Assembly: GCA_008632985.1 (NCBI GenBank)
Contig: QPGO01000131.1
Coordinates: 124,001 to 188,000, forward strand
Direction: 5' to 3'
DNA length: 64,000 nt
From: Psammoneis japonica
Lineage: Eukaryota
In this document: positions 49,467 to 62,299 of the stretch, piece after piece
How positions within the stretch are numbered: the stretch's first letter is position 1
How the letters are laid out: each line of letters opens with the position of its first letter
Program-made: the position numbers and the translations under genes
Notes under the pieces: generated by a model
What the model saw: only the letters and a program-made list of their open reading frames with translations
The model's database searches: none
What the model was told of the DNA's origin: nothing

Positions 49467-51948
49467 ATGGATACAGGCAACAGCAGCAATGAGCCGAGAG
49501 GTAGAGATGCCTCGCTTCAGCCAGGTTGTTCTATCACCGGTGCTTGTAGCGAACTCTCTGCAACCCCACCACGAAGCTACTCGGAAAGCTCACTCACGAA
49601 TAACTCTACAAGCACTCCAACTCGCAACGAGACGGTAATTAAAATAGTCTCAGCTACATACGGCCCTACGGAAGGAAGTCGGCTGCTTACAGGCGAACTT
49701 AGCAACACACAAGAAGCACGCATACCCTACACGCGTGACGTGACACCTTTTGTTCGAGCTCTTTTGGTTGCAGCACGGCAAAAAGACATTGACGAAAATA
49801 TGGAAGATGGAGATGATGAGAGCAATCAAACACCTTCCAGCGCGGCATGGTCCAACAGTGATGATGAGGACGGAGAGGAGAACGGTAGTAGAAGAAACCG
49901 AGAGTTTGTAAGAATGAACAACGCCGTCGGGGGAACGAACCAGAACTTTATCGCGATCATGCATGGAAAAGCTATGAATGCAATTTTTGGTGATCCTTGT
50001 CCAGGGACGTCAAAGAAATTAAGGATTCACTATGTCTTGTACGAATCTGGATCATCAACTATTCGACATCGAGCTGCTACTTCAGAAGTACACCGAACGT
50101 CCTTTGCAGAGCACGAGCCGGTGTTGCTAAGACGCAGAGTCACGTTCTTTCAAGATGATTCAAAGCTCAGACAAGCAGTAGCTAAGGCTGCAAAGGCAAA
50201 TGCAATTGGTGTTTCGTCTCGGAATTCGATCACCTTCAACACACACCTCCAAGTTGACGAAGAAGAACAACAGACGCTTCAAATTGCAAAAAGAATGGGG
50301 AGATCTCAGTCCATTGCCGAATTTGTGGAAGCCACAAAGAGCTGTAGCATCTCATCCTCGCCGATCTCTTCGCCAAAGGCAACATTACCATTACCAAATT
50401 TACCAGAGATTGCAGAACCGAACGGCGATGGCAAACCGTCACCGGTTTCTCGAAGCCGTCAGTCACAATTGGGTATGCTCCCTCCGTTGCCGAGAAAATG
50501 GCGATTACGATCTGCAATATCTGAAATGGTGTTACCAATTGTCTTGCCATTTCTAGACGTGACACAGCGTGTCCAGTGTCAGTTCGTTTGCAAAGTTTGG
50601 CGATTTGTGGTCAAGGACTGGGGTGTTGCCTACAGAGTGGATGCCAACGATGAGGAGTCCTTCCCCAACATGAGCATTCCTTTTTTGAGAGGTATCATGG
50701 CACACTCGTATTCGAGTTTGCATAGTCTGTTTCTCGACGGCTTCTCGTCACTTGAAAAGGAGGATTTGCACCCTGCGATTCCACAGTTTCGAAAGCTCCG
50801 CACCCTTGACATCAGTCGATGTACAGCCATGGACAACAGCACAATGGTGTTGATCGCTACTCACCTTCATCGAACGCTGGAGGTATTGTACATCAAGGGA
50901 CTAAAGAGTGTGTCAGATGAGGGCCTCATGGCTGTGTGTCGGTCTTGTCGCAAGCTTCAGGTGCTGGAAATTTCCAACGTACCCATCACGGATACTGGAG
51001 GAATTGCAATTGGCGACAATCTCACGAAACTCCGCGCATTGTACATGCGAGACAACTTCCAGCTCACGAATCGAAGTATCGATGTTATCACCGAGAAGTG
51101 CACCAAACTCGTACAGCTGACGCTCTGGGGGTGCATACGGCTTCGTCACTTGAGTTTTGGCGAAATGGGGGATGCAGGACTTGGCTGTGGAAAGTTGGTC
51201 ATGTTGAATTTATGGGGCTGCCACAGTCTAATGGACGACGCTGCGAATTCCTTGGGCGCCATGCAAAACTTGAGGACATTGGTGACAAGCGAATGCCATA
51301 AACTTACTGATGATTTCGTGGTAGGTTGGAATCAGTGAATCAAAGTTCAATGGGCTTTATCGACATTGCTTGTCTGACCTTTCGCCACGTTCTCTTCTTT
51401 GATGCTGGATCCGATCTTAGATTGGCCTCGGGCAGAATTGCCCGCAACTCAATCATCTGCAGTTGCGATATTGCAAACGAATTACGGATGTGGGACTGAA
51501 CGCAATCACTAACAGTATGCAGAACCTGTATTCTTTGGACTTGAGTTTCTGCGATAGAATCTCGACCGCGGCTTTGGCGAACCTCCTCGAAATTCGTCGC
51601 GACACATTGTTGGAGCTGAGGCTACTGAATTGTCGTCAGCTAGATATATCAATGACACAACCACATCCATTTCAGGGAGGCGGACCTACAGGTGGAAATG
51701 ATGGGAGGACCATCCTGCGAGTGCTGCGCTCTAACATGAACGGTAGCTCGCTAAATATCCTAGATTTGCGGAAGTGCGGTGGGGTATCTGTTGATGTAGG
51801 TGTCCCTGATGACGACCCTTTTGCCATTGGGATGACATCGCTTCAGTTTGAACAGAAAGTGCCTGGCTTTTTCTCTCGTCCAGCAAGATGGAACACTAAC
51901 GTACAGATACGTCTTCTGGATCAGATGATGCTTGACGAATTCAAGTAA
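49467..51948 (+). CDS. F-box/LRR (FBXL-like) protein; 2 exons
   Basis: F-box-like ILPFL......CQFVCKVWR; Cys-containing LRRs (LxxLxLxxCxxIT); intron 51321-51420. Confidence 0.85.
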
Positions 51949-52071
51949 TGCTTTCTAATCTTACAGACGATGCGTAATCATCGGCATGGCAGATCTATAT
52001 AGTAGAACGCCCGACTCCGCATAGGTGACAAGAGCAACGCACTTGAACGTTGAGGATACCGGTAGCATAGC

Positions 52072-53334
52072 CTATAATCCCGCCGTGGAGACGTCTGTCA
52101 TGGGGGCGAGGCCATAAGGGTTCTGGCACCCTTTGCATGTGCAAACGCTGGAGCAGGTGGATTCGGTAAAGAAGCATTCGCAATACTTCTTGAGACAGAA
52201 AGTCTTACGACATCTGCACCCTTTCCCCTCACGCACTTTGTTGCCGGGCTGGAGAAGTGATTCGCGTCTCTGTTTTCGATTGGGGCGCTCTGCGGAAAAG
52301 GCGTCTTTGTTTCGACTCAACGCAGTCTCAATTGCAATTTGCCGCTTAACGTTGTCGGCGTTCGCGTTGTGGCAATCTTTACATTTGCAACAACCTGGGT
52401 CGCAGAGCATGGACTGTATGATTGCATCGTTAAAGCAAAATCCACGAGATGCCGTGAGCAGAAGAGTACAAAAGGGGAAAGGTAGAGTCGCACACGGAAA
52501 ACTTACGGCAGCAAAGCATTCACAGTACAACTTCAAACACTTGCTTTTCTTGCAGCTACAAGTTCTATTTCGGAGTGAACAGAACGCATTTTGTGACGGA
52601 CCTGGTCGCTCTTGTTTTCGAGAGGTTGAAAGCGCAAGCAGCTTCGGATTCGCCGGAGAGGTATTTGGGACGTTGGCAACATTCTTGGAAATGGAAACTC
52701 TCCCGTAACGTCCCACAGAAACATTTGATGCACGGGGAGTAGTCGCCAATATTTGCTTGTTCCCAGCCAATTGCTCTCCAGCCAACGCCTTGCGCTTCTT
52801 GGTGTTGGTTGTGTCCTTCAAGATACTATTATCAAAGAGCGTACACTTGTGGGTGCCAAGGGCCCTGTCGTCCTTCGCAGTTGAATTCCCATTTCTCGAA
52901 AAGACTGGTGTAGTGCTGGGTCTAGAAATCTCAACGGGACATTTTCTCGGCAAGAACGGCTTGGACATGCAATACTGCTTGCCGATAGAGGAGAGTCTCA
53001 CGAGAGTCTGCTGCTCTGATTCGCTTAAAACCTCCTTTGGCTCTCGAGAAGGCACGGATGACACAGTGCGGTTTGATGGCATCGCGCCATTGTTCAACAA
53101 GTCATCGTTCGTAATTTCCAATTCGCTGCTACCGGAACTAGAGGCTTGAAAGAACAATTGATTCGGTGAATATGTAAGAGCCCCTTGCATTGAAATTAAC
53201 CGTCGACGGAGATCGTCTTCCGAGGTAGCAGGAGGGTGGACTATACCGCTCTCCGGTGGAGTCAAAAGAGGGCTGAGCCCAGTGCTACGATCAAAGATAA
53301 TGGGATACTCATCAACCTCGTTCGTTTGCACCAT
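52072..53334 (-). CDS. CRC/CXC-domain (tesmin/TSO1/LIN54-like) DNA-binding protein
   Basis: CSCKKSKCLKLYCECFA and GCRCRKTFCLKKYCECF with the RN..AF linker; in-frame intron 52414-52506; start uncertain. Confidence 0.9.
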   Translation of the reverse strand: MVQTNEVDEYPIIFDRSTGLSPLLTPPESGIVHPPATSEDDLRRRLISMQGALTYSPNQLFFQASSSGSSELEITNDDLLNNGAMPSNRTVSSVPSREPKEVLSESEQQTLVRLSSIGKQYCMSKPFLPRKCPVEISRPSTTPVFSRNGNSTAKDDRALGTHKCTLFDNSILKDTTNTKKRKALAGEQLAGNKQILATTPRASNVSVGRYGRVSISKNVANVPNTSPANPKLLALSTSRKQERPGPSQNAFCSLRNRTCSCKKSKCLKLYCECFAAVSFPCATLPFPFCTLLLTASRGFCFNDAIIQSMLCDPGCCKCKDCHNANADNVKRQIAIETALSRNKDAFSAERPNRKQRRESLLQPGNKVREGKGCRCRKTFCLKKYCECFFTESTCSSVCTCKGCQNPYGLAPMTDVSTAGL

Positions 53335-54030
53335 CGGTTGCAGTTGCCCCGCCTGTAATGATGGCCGTGACAGGCAATGGACTGATGCCGAAATCACGGC
53401 GCCTACGTCGTGCTTCGATTGAGATGGTCTACAAACAACAAATATCGTTCAAAAAGCGAAAGCTCGAACAAGAAGACAATGGATCTATGGCGCCTTGTAC
53501 GTACACGTACCTTCGCGTGGGTCGAATAGGGCTCATATTCCACTTCTTGTTATGACGACAGAATTCGGATGACTTCATCGGGGATATTAGTAGCTGGAAA
53601 ATGAAGAACGACGGCAGCAGCGATTAAAGATGCGTTGTGAAACTCATTTGTGACGTGCTACATCCACCGAAGTTTCTCATTCACTCACCTGCAGTGCTGG
53701 TTCGAAAGTCACTCTCTTCCGCCGGTGGATGGGTTGTGCGACATCACCATGCGACGGCCGCATCATTTTCTGCTTTCGGGGAAACTCCATCTTTGCCGCT
53801 TCATGCAATCGAGTATCGGTTCATGGCAAATGGCCGTTGGTGATGAGCATTTCCAAATCCGCATGATCCACGACGTTGCGTACAGGTAACACGTACGTAG
53901 AATTATACGAAGTGCATCATACTGTCGGTCCATCAACCGTACGCAAATCCGATTTCCCGCCAGCCCTCTCGCTCGCTCTTCCCGCGCCAAAAGTTTGGAA
54001 GTTAGGCCTAGTACCTGCACTCTTGTGCGT

Positions 54031-57000
54031 TCAAGAAAGTTTCAGACTATTTACATCCACTTGAAGATCATCAAAAGCCACTGTATCTTGTCGACTTCCC
54101 GAACTGCGCAACAATTTTGAAACCGGGTTTTCCTCTTCACCGTTCATCGCATCGAGAACAAGCTTTGCAGCAACGAGTACACCTTCATTCTCGAGTACTT
54201 CTCGGATCTCTATTGCCTCTCTGCAGCGACAAGCTGTCGCAGCGTCAAACGCCTTGCTTTCGTGACCGGCGGTGTCTATGTCGGTCCTGGCGGCGCAGCG
54301 CGACACGATAGAAAACACCGCCTCTTCTCCTGACTGCACCATCGCCATGGCAATCGATGAAACGTTCGTGCGTGTTTCGTTTCCTTCGAGCTTTTCAACG
54401 GTTTCCGTATATTCTCGGAGTACAGAATCATACAGTTCTCTACATAGTAAAGCCGCGCTTCGCCTGATTGGTCGCGACACGTCAAGCCGTAAAGCATTCG
54501 TAGCCAGCTTGACAAGATGAGGGCAGTAGCCTGCAACAATCGCAGGATGAGAGGCTGACACGAGTTCTGCAACGATCGTTATGCGAGATGCGCGCACAAC
54601 GTCTCCTTCTTCAACTTCAAACATAGGTCCTCCAGTTGCGACACGAAGCTTTTGATCGTTTCTTCCTTCCTCGGGCTCATCTTTTGGGGCATCTTCATGC
54701 CTGATTCCATGGAGAAAGTAGTTGTGAGTCTCGCTCTGGATCAAGAATCCCAAACTGTCGTCCTGTTTGCCGCGTGCCGTCTCGTTCCGACCAGTGCTCG
54801 GCCCAAACAGCATTACATTCATCAGGTATGGAACGTAATCGTGCAATGCGTGGCCTCTTCTACGGATTGTAAACAGTAAAGCCTCTGTAAGCTTCACTCT
54901 CTGTCCCTTGCTCAAAACACAATCTCCGTCCGTTTCATTGCACGATTGCTCGCCGAAGGAAATAACACCGGTAGACACCCCACGACCCAACATGGGAAGA
55001 ATTTGTCGCGGAGATACGTCGGCGAGAGACACAATTGTCTGTACTCCAGCTAGGTAGACGTAGGAATCGTTATCCAATAAAGACATGATCGAGAGCTTTA
55101 AAATGCGCTCGAAAGTCCCGTCAAGTGTGCCCTTCGTCTTGGTAACGCCTGAATCTGTAATGTCTTGAACGAGCGGTCCTTGACGAAAGTGGGAGCAACC
55201 ATTTTCTTTTTCCATCTTATCAACATAGCTGCGAGCAACGTGACGAAGGGTTACAACTCCACGTGCACGAAAGGGAGGCAAATCTGACTTCAAATCCCTT
55301 TCAGCTTGCTCTATAGTGTCTTCGACGGTCGTTGCTTTGAATACTGGAATGGACTCCTGTAGGCCTCCATCATTAAGGTCAATTGATCGGGAGGAGATGA
55401 GAGCAACAGCATGACTTGACATTTCGGCAAGCTCCGCACACGCAGCCCTTTGAGACGCTACTGAACCGGAGCTCCGCGAATGAGACATCTCTGTGCAGAC
55501 CGAGAGTGACTGCAGTGCCGAGATTGTTGACAGAACAAATTTTCTTCGGCTTCGGTTCGGCGGCTACTCCCTAGTTCAAGCAGGGCAATCAGCATACTTA
55601 TCACAAGAGAAGTAAGCAACAGCAACGTCTCATTTCCAGAGAAGTCATCAACTACATTTTCGTCGTCGCTTGAAGTCCAACTCTGTTTCTCGCTGTTCGT
55701 GTGTCCAAGCATCTCACAAAAAATGGAATCACATGCGGTGATGGCGGGGTTTGTTGGAGAGGGCCTGCCTGTGGGCGATTTGATGTTATCGCTGCCTCCG
55801 CCAAGAACAGCTTCTCCGCCAAAAGTGGAACTCGCACAGTCAAGGATCAGTCCAATCATGATCAATATTTGACAGCCGCCATCTCCCGTATTGTCGTTCC
55901 GTAGCAGAAGCAGTGGAGAGCACTCCTCACACAACCGGGGTAACAGGGTCATTGTAGCAAGCATAAAGCCACTTTTAAACCTAGAGAAGGCTATGGGTAG
56001 GAGAGATTCTGAGCCATGATTGCTGATAGATGTCGCCGAAAAGTAAACCAGCAACAACAACATGAAGAGACTTGGCGGCAACGACAAAGCCCGCGGATGC
56101 TGTTCAGCTTCGATTTGATCGTGATACTCTCTCCCCAAGCTCGCAATGAGGTCACATACAATCTTGGATCTCTGTTCCATGTCACTTGGTACAACATCGG
56201 CGATATTCTCGACACACTGAATCACTTTGATTGAATCAACTGTCCGATTCTCCTCCACGGGCGAGCTCATGTGATACTTATACCCACCCAAGTCCCATGC
56301 ACTTGGCGCAACAGCATGAAGAAATGTCATGGCCAGTATGTCAGATCCCTTTGCACTCTTTGTCTTTTCTCGCTTTGAACGAAATTCTGATTGACAAAAC
56401 GCACCAACAAGTAATCTGAGGCATACTCGTGCGTCCTCCCTTGCACTGAATTGAACAACACCCTCGACAGATGCCATTCTGAGCAGCTGACCAAAGAGCG
56501 TCATGGAGCCCCATCGACAAGATCCAATCCTGTTGATTTCTCCATAAAGGTCAAATCGCGAAGAAAGAGGCAGCAAAGCTTCGACGGGTTGCAGGATGGA
56601 GGCATACCCGACAAGAGTGTTACGAGGCGCGTCATTTGGCCTGAAGCAGTCGTGCTCGATTCGCTCAATAGCCCGTTGCAGAGTAGCGGCAGCAAGTTGG
56701 TGTCAAGAAGCTGCTGCGGTAGTTGATCAATGACTGCCCAAACAGTCGAAACGCCAGCATCGTTTTCAGTGTCGCTGCCGTGTGAAGGTGAGTCCAAAAG
56801 CCCAAGTAACTGCTGACAAAGCAATCCAAGATAGTTGGTTTGGTGATTGCCCGATGATGGATTCGCCGTCAAGGCAACGGCGAGCCTCATGCTAGCTCCA
56901 GTGACTTGTTCCTTGGTTGACGTCCTTCCTTACAAAGACTTGTACAATCGCGGATAGGTCCTGACAAGCCAAGGTGGTCAAGAGCTGCGATACGCGTTTT

Positions 57001-57941
57001 CGAAGCCATGCATGCGCCTTGGTTCCACGAAATAAGAGTGCTTGACAAGCACGTGCGTGATTATACGTATCGACGGCCTTTACACCTGATGATGGCTCAT
57101 GATTTGACCTCGAGTTGGATCCGCTGAGTATTTCATGTCGAAAGCGTCGGTATTCTGCTGAATCTCCAGTGCAAGACGTACTCTCTGCATTAGACAATTC
57201 TTGTTCCACTTGGAACACAGCAGCATACACGTCGACCACGTGTCTTGGTAAAAGCATTGGTCGGAATCTATCCAATAAAATCAAGCGTCCCAAAGTCATT
57301 GCCGTGTGCTGCAGCTCGTCCACTCGAACGGATTGCTGTGAGTCTTTCATTTTACTTATAGCCCACAAAAGACTCCGATAAGGTATACGACCCGCCAATG
57401 TTTTGGGTAGGGAATGCCGTACACGATCTTGAACAGAAGCCAATACGTGTGGTTGCAGATTGGGCAGAATGGATGTGCATACCAAAAACTCCAACAAAGC
57501 GGCAATGTCGGTGTAGTTCTGAATAGACAGCATACCCTTTGGTGGCAACGGTTTTCGTTTTGAAGCTACTGCTGGCTGAGCCTCTTGATCAAGTACTTCA
57601 TAGCAACAGTATAAAGAGTGTATCAGGGGGGTCAATACTTTCTGAACGACAAGAGAGCGCTCATCGGTTTCCTCTTCGACGTCGCGTGAGTTGCTGAAAC
57701 CATTTGAGGGGAGCGTTGACTGAACCAAACTCGACAGGCTTTCCACTTCCTTTACCAGTCCCTGAGACTCAAACTGATGATAGAGTTCTACATGCTGAAT
57801 GTTCTCCAACCTTGCCGTTGCCGCAAACTCTGGAATGGATCGAATCACGTGAACACACCGTTGAATCGAATTCACCACCTGCAAAGCACAATCTTCTACA
57901 CTGTCAACATTACTTCCTCCTTCTCGTATGCTTTCTGTCAT
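54031..57941 (-). CDS. TANGO6/Rtp1-like ARM-repeat protein; split by apparent frameshifts near 56890, 56540, 55490
   Basis: Abutting same-strand ORFs; C-terminal DNDSYVYLAGVQ and RVKLTEAL resemble TANGO6/RTP1 motifs. Confidence 0.7.
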
Positions 57942-58242
57942 TTCTATCTGCTACTGATGGTAGGATAAGGGAGAGATGATCAAAGACCGCAGACCTTTCC
58001 CAACTACGCTTTTAGTGTTGTTGAAGTAGTTAGTTTTGTCATGGTGGAGCAGCACAGCAAACATGCTTTGATTTTTTGCGGAATCTTGGAATTTCTAAGG
58101 TTCGTGAGCGGGGGGTGGACAGACACGTTTTCTCGCGCTATCGCTCGCTCGTATCGTTGCGAACGCGCGACAATCATGACTCATGACCCATCACCGTTTC
58201 ACTTTTTTTCTGGCGCAAGATGAGTTCACAATCTTGTCGACA

Positions 58243-59451
58243 ATGGTAGCTTCTTTTCCCTTTCATGTCATTTGGTTGGCTCTCCTCGTACCATACGTGT
58301 GTCACTCATTTCACACATCATTTAAAAAGGAGTTTGTCGGTTCGAGAATACGTAATTTCTCACGAAGACGGGCACTGCTCCAACTCTCGCAAAAAAGTGG
58401 CGAGCGCGACGACCACAGCGCCGACGACACACGACAGGGTCTTCGTCTCAATAAGGTCTTCAAGGCTACGCATTCTAGAAGAGCTGCCGATAAACTTATT
58501 TCGAGTGGAAGAGTGACCATAAATGATGAGCCGGTCTCGACCAAAGGAGGTTGTCTGGTTGTTCCCTACAAGGACGTAGTCAAGCTGGACGGACAAGTTG
58601 TCGCTGGATGGGAGGCGCTCAATGGCCTCTCGAAAGAGAATCCGGTCCGAAATGAGAGACAAACAAACAGTCATATAGTAACCGAAGGTGAGCTGCGTTG
58701 CTGTGGAATAGTCTAAGCTCAATTGTGTCAAGAGCTCATTTTCCGTTGTATGATCCTCGGCGACCGACTGATTCTAGCTTTCGAGTATGTCAAGTACTGG
58801 AAACCACGAGGTGTGACCTGTACAACTGATCAAAGAATACCTCACAATATCATTGATGAAATCCATAGAGATGGGTACAATCCCAAACATCGAGTTTATC
58901 CTGTTGGGCGACTTGACAAAGATACATCGGGTTTGATATTACTCACATCAGACGGTCGACTTCCCAACGCATCCTTGCGAAGTCGACAAAAGCAGCCAAA
59001 AGTGTATGAAGTGTTTGTGAACAGGCCATTTCAGAAGAATGATCTTGAACGACTACGAGTATGTACAGCATGCATGTGCTTTCTCGAAAAGAGAAACTGA
59101 AATCTCTTACGTTTGCATCTCCTCTGTTTCTTTTAGAATGGTATTGTGATTACAACCGTCGCACAACGAGATGGGAAGAAAGCACCACCGTTGACAGCGA
59201 AGACCAAGCCTTGTCGGGTGCGCCAAATCGATGACTATGGTGTTGAAATGACATTGTTCGAAGGAAGAAATAAACAGATTAGAAAAATGATGGATGCACT
59301 GAACTATGACGTCTTGGATTTGCATCGCGTGGAGTTTTCCGGAATATGTTTGGGCCCGCTACAGGGAGCTGGAAGCTGGAAACGACTGGATAAACGGGAG
59401 ATGAAGCTTGTCGAAGAGATTCTTGCGGATGCAAGTGACGAAGCAATTTAA
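58243..59451 (+). CDS. RsuA/RluB-family pseudouridine synthase with S4 domain, likely organelle-targeted; 3 exons
   Basis: RLNK....[40 protein letters not shown]; introns 58688-58777 and 59059-59136. Confidence 0.92.
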
Positions 59452-59835
59452 AGAATTTCAAACCGTATTACGTATAGCGGAGTCACGAAACTTTCAGATT
59501 TGACAGCAAAAAAGCGTTGACCGTCGTTATTACCACCCGGTTCCTCTTGACCTCTCAGAGTAGAGAGTAGATTTCAGATTAGCTACATGTACTCTCGATC
59601 TCGGTATCCTCACATCGCGTTCCCTTTTTTTCCTTCCTCTATTACGTTCTGCAGTCTGATAATGACGGACGATGAGCTGACGTGTCAGTACTTCTCTACG
59701 TGATTCTACGTAAACAAGACTGACTGTCGCCATGGCCGCTGAGTTGTTCTCACTTTTTGACGAGAAACAACACGAGAGCGACCAGGCAATATTCAGCTTG
59801 AATACACGTTCCCACAAACCACTTCAATTACTACA

Positions 59836-61517
59836 ATGAAGCCTCGACGACAAAGACTACTAAACGGTCTGCCACTGCTTCTCATTCTTTTCTCAGATGA
59901 TTGTTACCGCAGTGTCGTCACAACTGCCGCTTACCAACAACCATGGGGCCTGAGATCCCGCAGGCACCATTTGATGCGCACATCACTTTCAGAACAATCT
60001 CATTATCCTGGATTTGTCGAAACAGAAGTTGCTCCAGCGATTGAGGCGCCTGACGAGGTAGAAACTGTGACTCAATATACGAAAGAGGCATTGAAATCGA
60101 GAGGCAAAGATAGCGGGTTACGAGCACTGGAACACCTTGGACAGATGTGCGCTAAACGCCAGTCTTTTGATTTTTCTGCCAAGAGAATCCACGCGGACGG
60201 AAGCGTACTCAGTAAAATACCCGAGCTTATTCCTCGAGAAGTGACGAACGAGGTGTTTACCCGGGTCCAAGAAATGCAAGATAAGGGTTGGATGAGTACA
60301 AATCCAGACTCCGTTGACGGGCTGCCAAGTTTCCACCTCAATCTGATAAGCAACAGCACCCCGGTTGTAGACATGACACCGGGCGCTGAACTGAGTGAAT
60401 TTCAATCTGCTCTAAAGGACTTGACGGAATCCGTTTCGCCATATGTATACAATCGTTTACTACCTCGTGTGCACAAACTCATGAATTCAACCAACGTTTC
60501 CGTTTCGGATGTTTTTCTTCGCCGATATGGTGAGGATGTGATTGATGGAAAGTCTCGAAACGGTATTTCGGCACATTATGATGTGTTTTCGAAAGTAACA
60601 TCTGTCATTGCCATGGATGACGTCGCAAAAGACGGAACTAATGGATTATTCACTACCGCGGTTGTCTCTCGCGGGGATGGAGAGGGATCGCCCGGGGCGA
60701 CGTCGAATCATGCTTCACTGAGAAGATACTTCCCGTTATCCTGCGGAGATGGGGTTGTGCATACCTGGGATGTCCTTCACGGTGTCGATGTTGAACCAGG
60801 CTTGGACCGTACTAGTCTCATTGTTTGGTTCACGTCGGAAGAGGAGGAAGGAGGTGATGGTGTCTCGAACGCACCCTGGTTGTCAACGCGCGACGACTTG
60901 GATACGAACGATGTTGCTCAATTCGTACTGGCAAGTGCTCTGGAGAGCTGTTCAACCTACAACCGCAACGGAAATTCGGCACCAACAGAATCAATGCACT
61001 TGCATTCTCCTGGCGGCACCGCAGATCGGGTAGCTTTCGACTTTCAAAAGCTGTACCTGGAAAGCGCGTCAAGAGGGAACGCATTTGCTCTCTCAAGGCT
61101 TGGAAATCTTTGCGCAAACAACGAGCTCGATCCATCTCTGAGGAATCAAGCAGCTTCGGTTTTGACTGCAATCTCTGACATAGACAGCCAGCGACCATTC
61201 AGGTTGAATGATCGTACGGAAGCCATTGACCTTGCCAAAGCCTTCTGGTGGGAAGGAGCAATTCGCGGTAGTCCCTTGGCGCAAATGACCTGGCAGATGA
61301 GCTAATGTCTGAAGCTTCAGAATCTGGAGAGGAGGATAAGCGACTGCTCGCAGCAGTACTCTTCGGCTTGGCCGCCCAGCAGGGCAACCATCAGGCGGTT
61401 GAATCGTTGCATCGAGTGGTTCAATTTGAGCTTTCCCAGCGAAATATTGAGAGTGAAAACGAATTCTCCGAGCTGCCTGTCGTGCAAACAGTGACTGCTG
61501 CACTCTCCTGCATATAG
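59836..61517 (+). CDS. 2OG-Fe(II) oxygenase-like protein with Sel1-like C-terminal repeats; apparent frameshift near 61290
   Basis: FLRRY, H.D (AHYD), distal HGV and R.SLIVW; Y..SA..GN..A...LG and AA.QG...A patterns; signal-like N-terminus. Confidence 0.7.
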
Positions 61518-61543
61518 TAGACATTGATCATTTTTGCAACTGC

Positions 61544-62211
61544 TCACTGCGTCAGTGAACCGTCCCATTCTACAATTGCGTTTGGTAATCCCTTCCATTC
61601 TCCGAACTTTTTATCCCGGAGTGAAATACACTTTCATCGTAAATTCCTCCTGGACAATGAACACAAAGAACACCTAGCTCACTAACCGAAATACAATTTC
61701 CATACTTGCCGTCACGGCTGTCGTCGAAGAAGATCATGTTGCGAAACGGTATTCCGCTTTTTTCGCGCAGAGCTTAAAGTGACGCTGCTTATCTCCAGGG
61801 TATATTTCCTTGTAATCAAAGAAATCATACAGCGCAAATTGATGCAAAAGGTCCATAGCCCATGGTCCCGACTTTGTTCGCGAGGCAACCGCAAACTCAG
61901 TGTTGCTCCATTTATCATGAACCTGTGGTTCTTCCTGGATCGACTTAGCAACGTTTCAGCTCCCTTGAATAGCTCTACATCCCTTCCAGCGATAGGAACC
62001 ACGTCATTTCTTTGATTTTCCTTAATTGGTAAAGTTCGGGAGTCCAGAGAGTGTTGTCAAGGTCAAACACCACCAGGGCAGGTAAGGCTTCCAACCTTGG
62101 AGAATCGTGGCGCAGCTGACAGCAGCGCGGCGAAAAACCACTGCCAAGTTTCAACACGAAAACAAGTAGCCCGGAAACAATGTATGTCGTCGCCCGGATG
62201 GCTGATGCCAT
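61544..62211 (-). CDS. MDP1: Magnesium-dependent phosphatase 1 (MDP-1, HAD family); several apparent frameshifts
   Basis: P.LVVFDLDNTLW, VASRT, EIYPG.K..HF, M.FFDD...N...V..LGV spread over adjacent frames; 3' end approximate. Confidence 0.78.
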
Positions 62212-62299
62212 TGCCGTTTGCCTGCTAGTTCCGGGTATTGTCGATTTCAGCATCCGTTGACAAACAAGTAACTACTCATCAGTAAGGTACAAAGGCATC

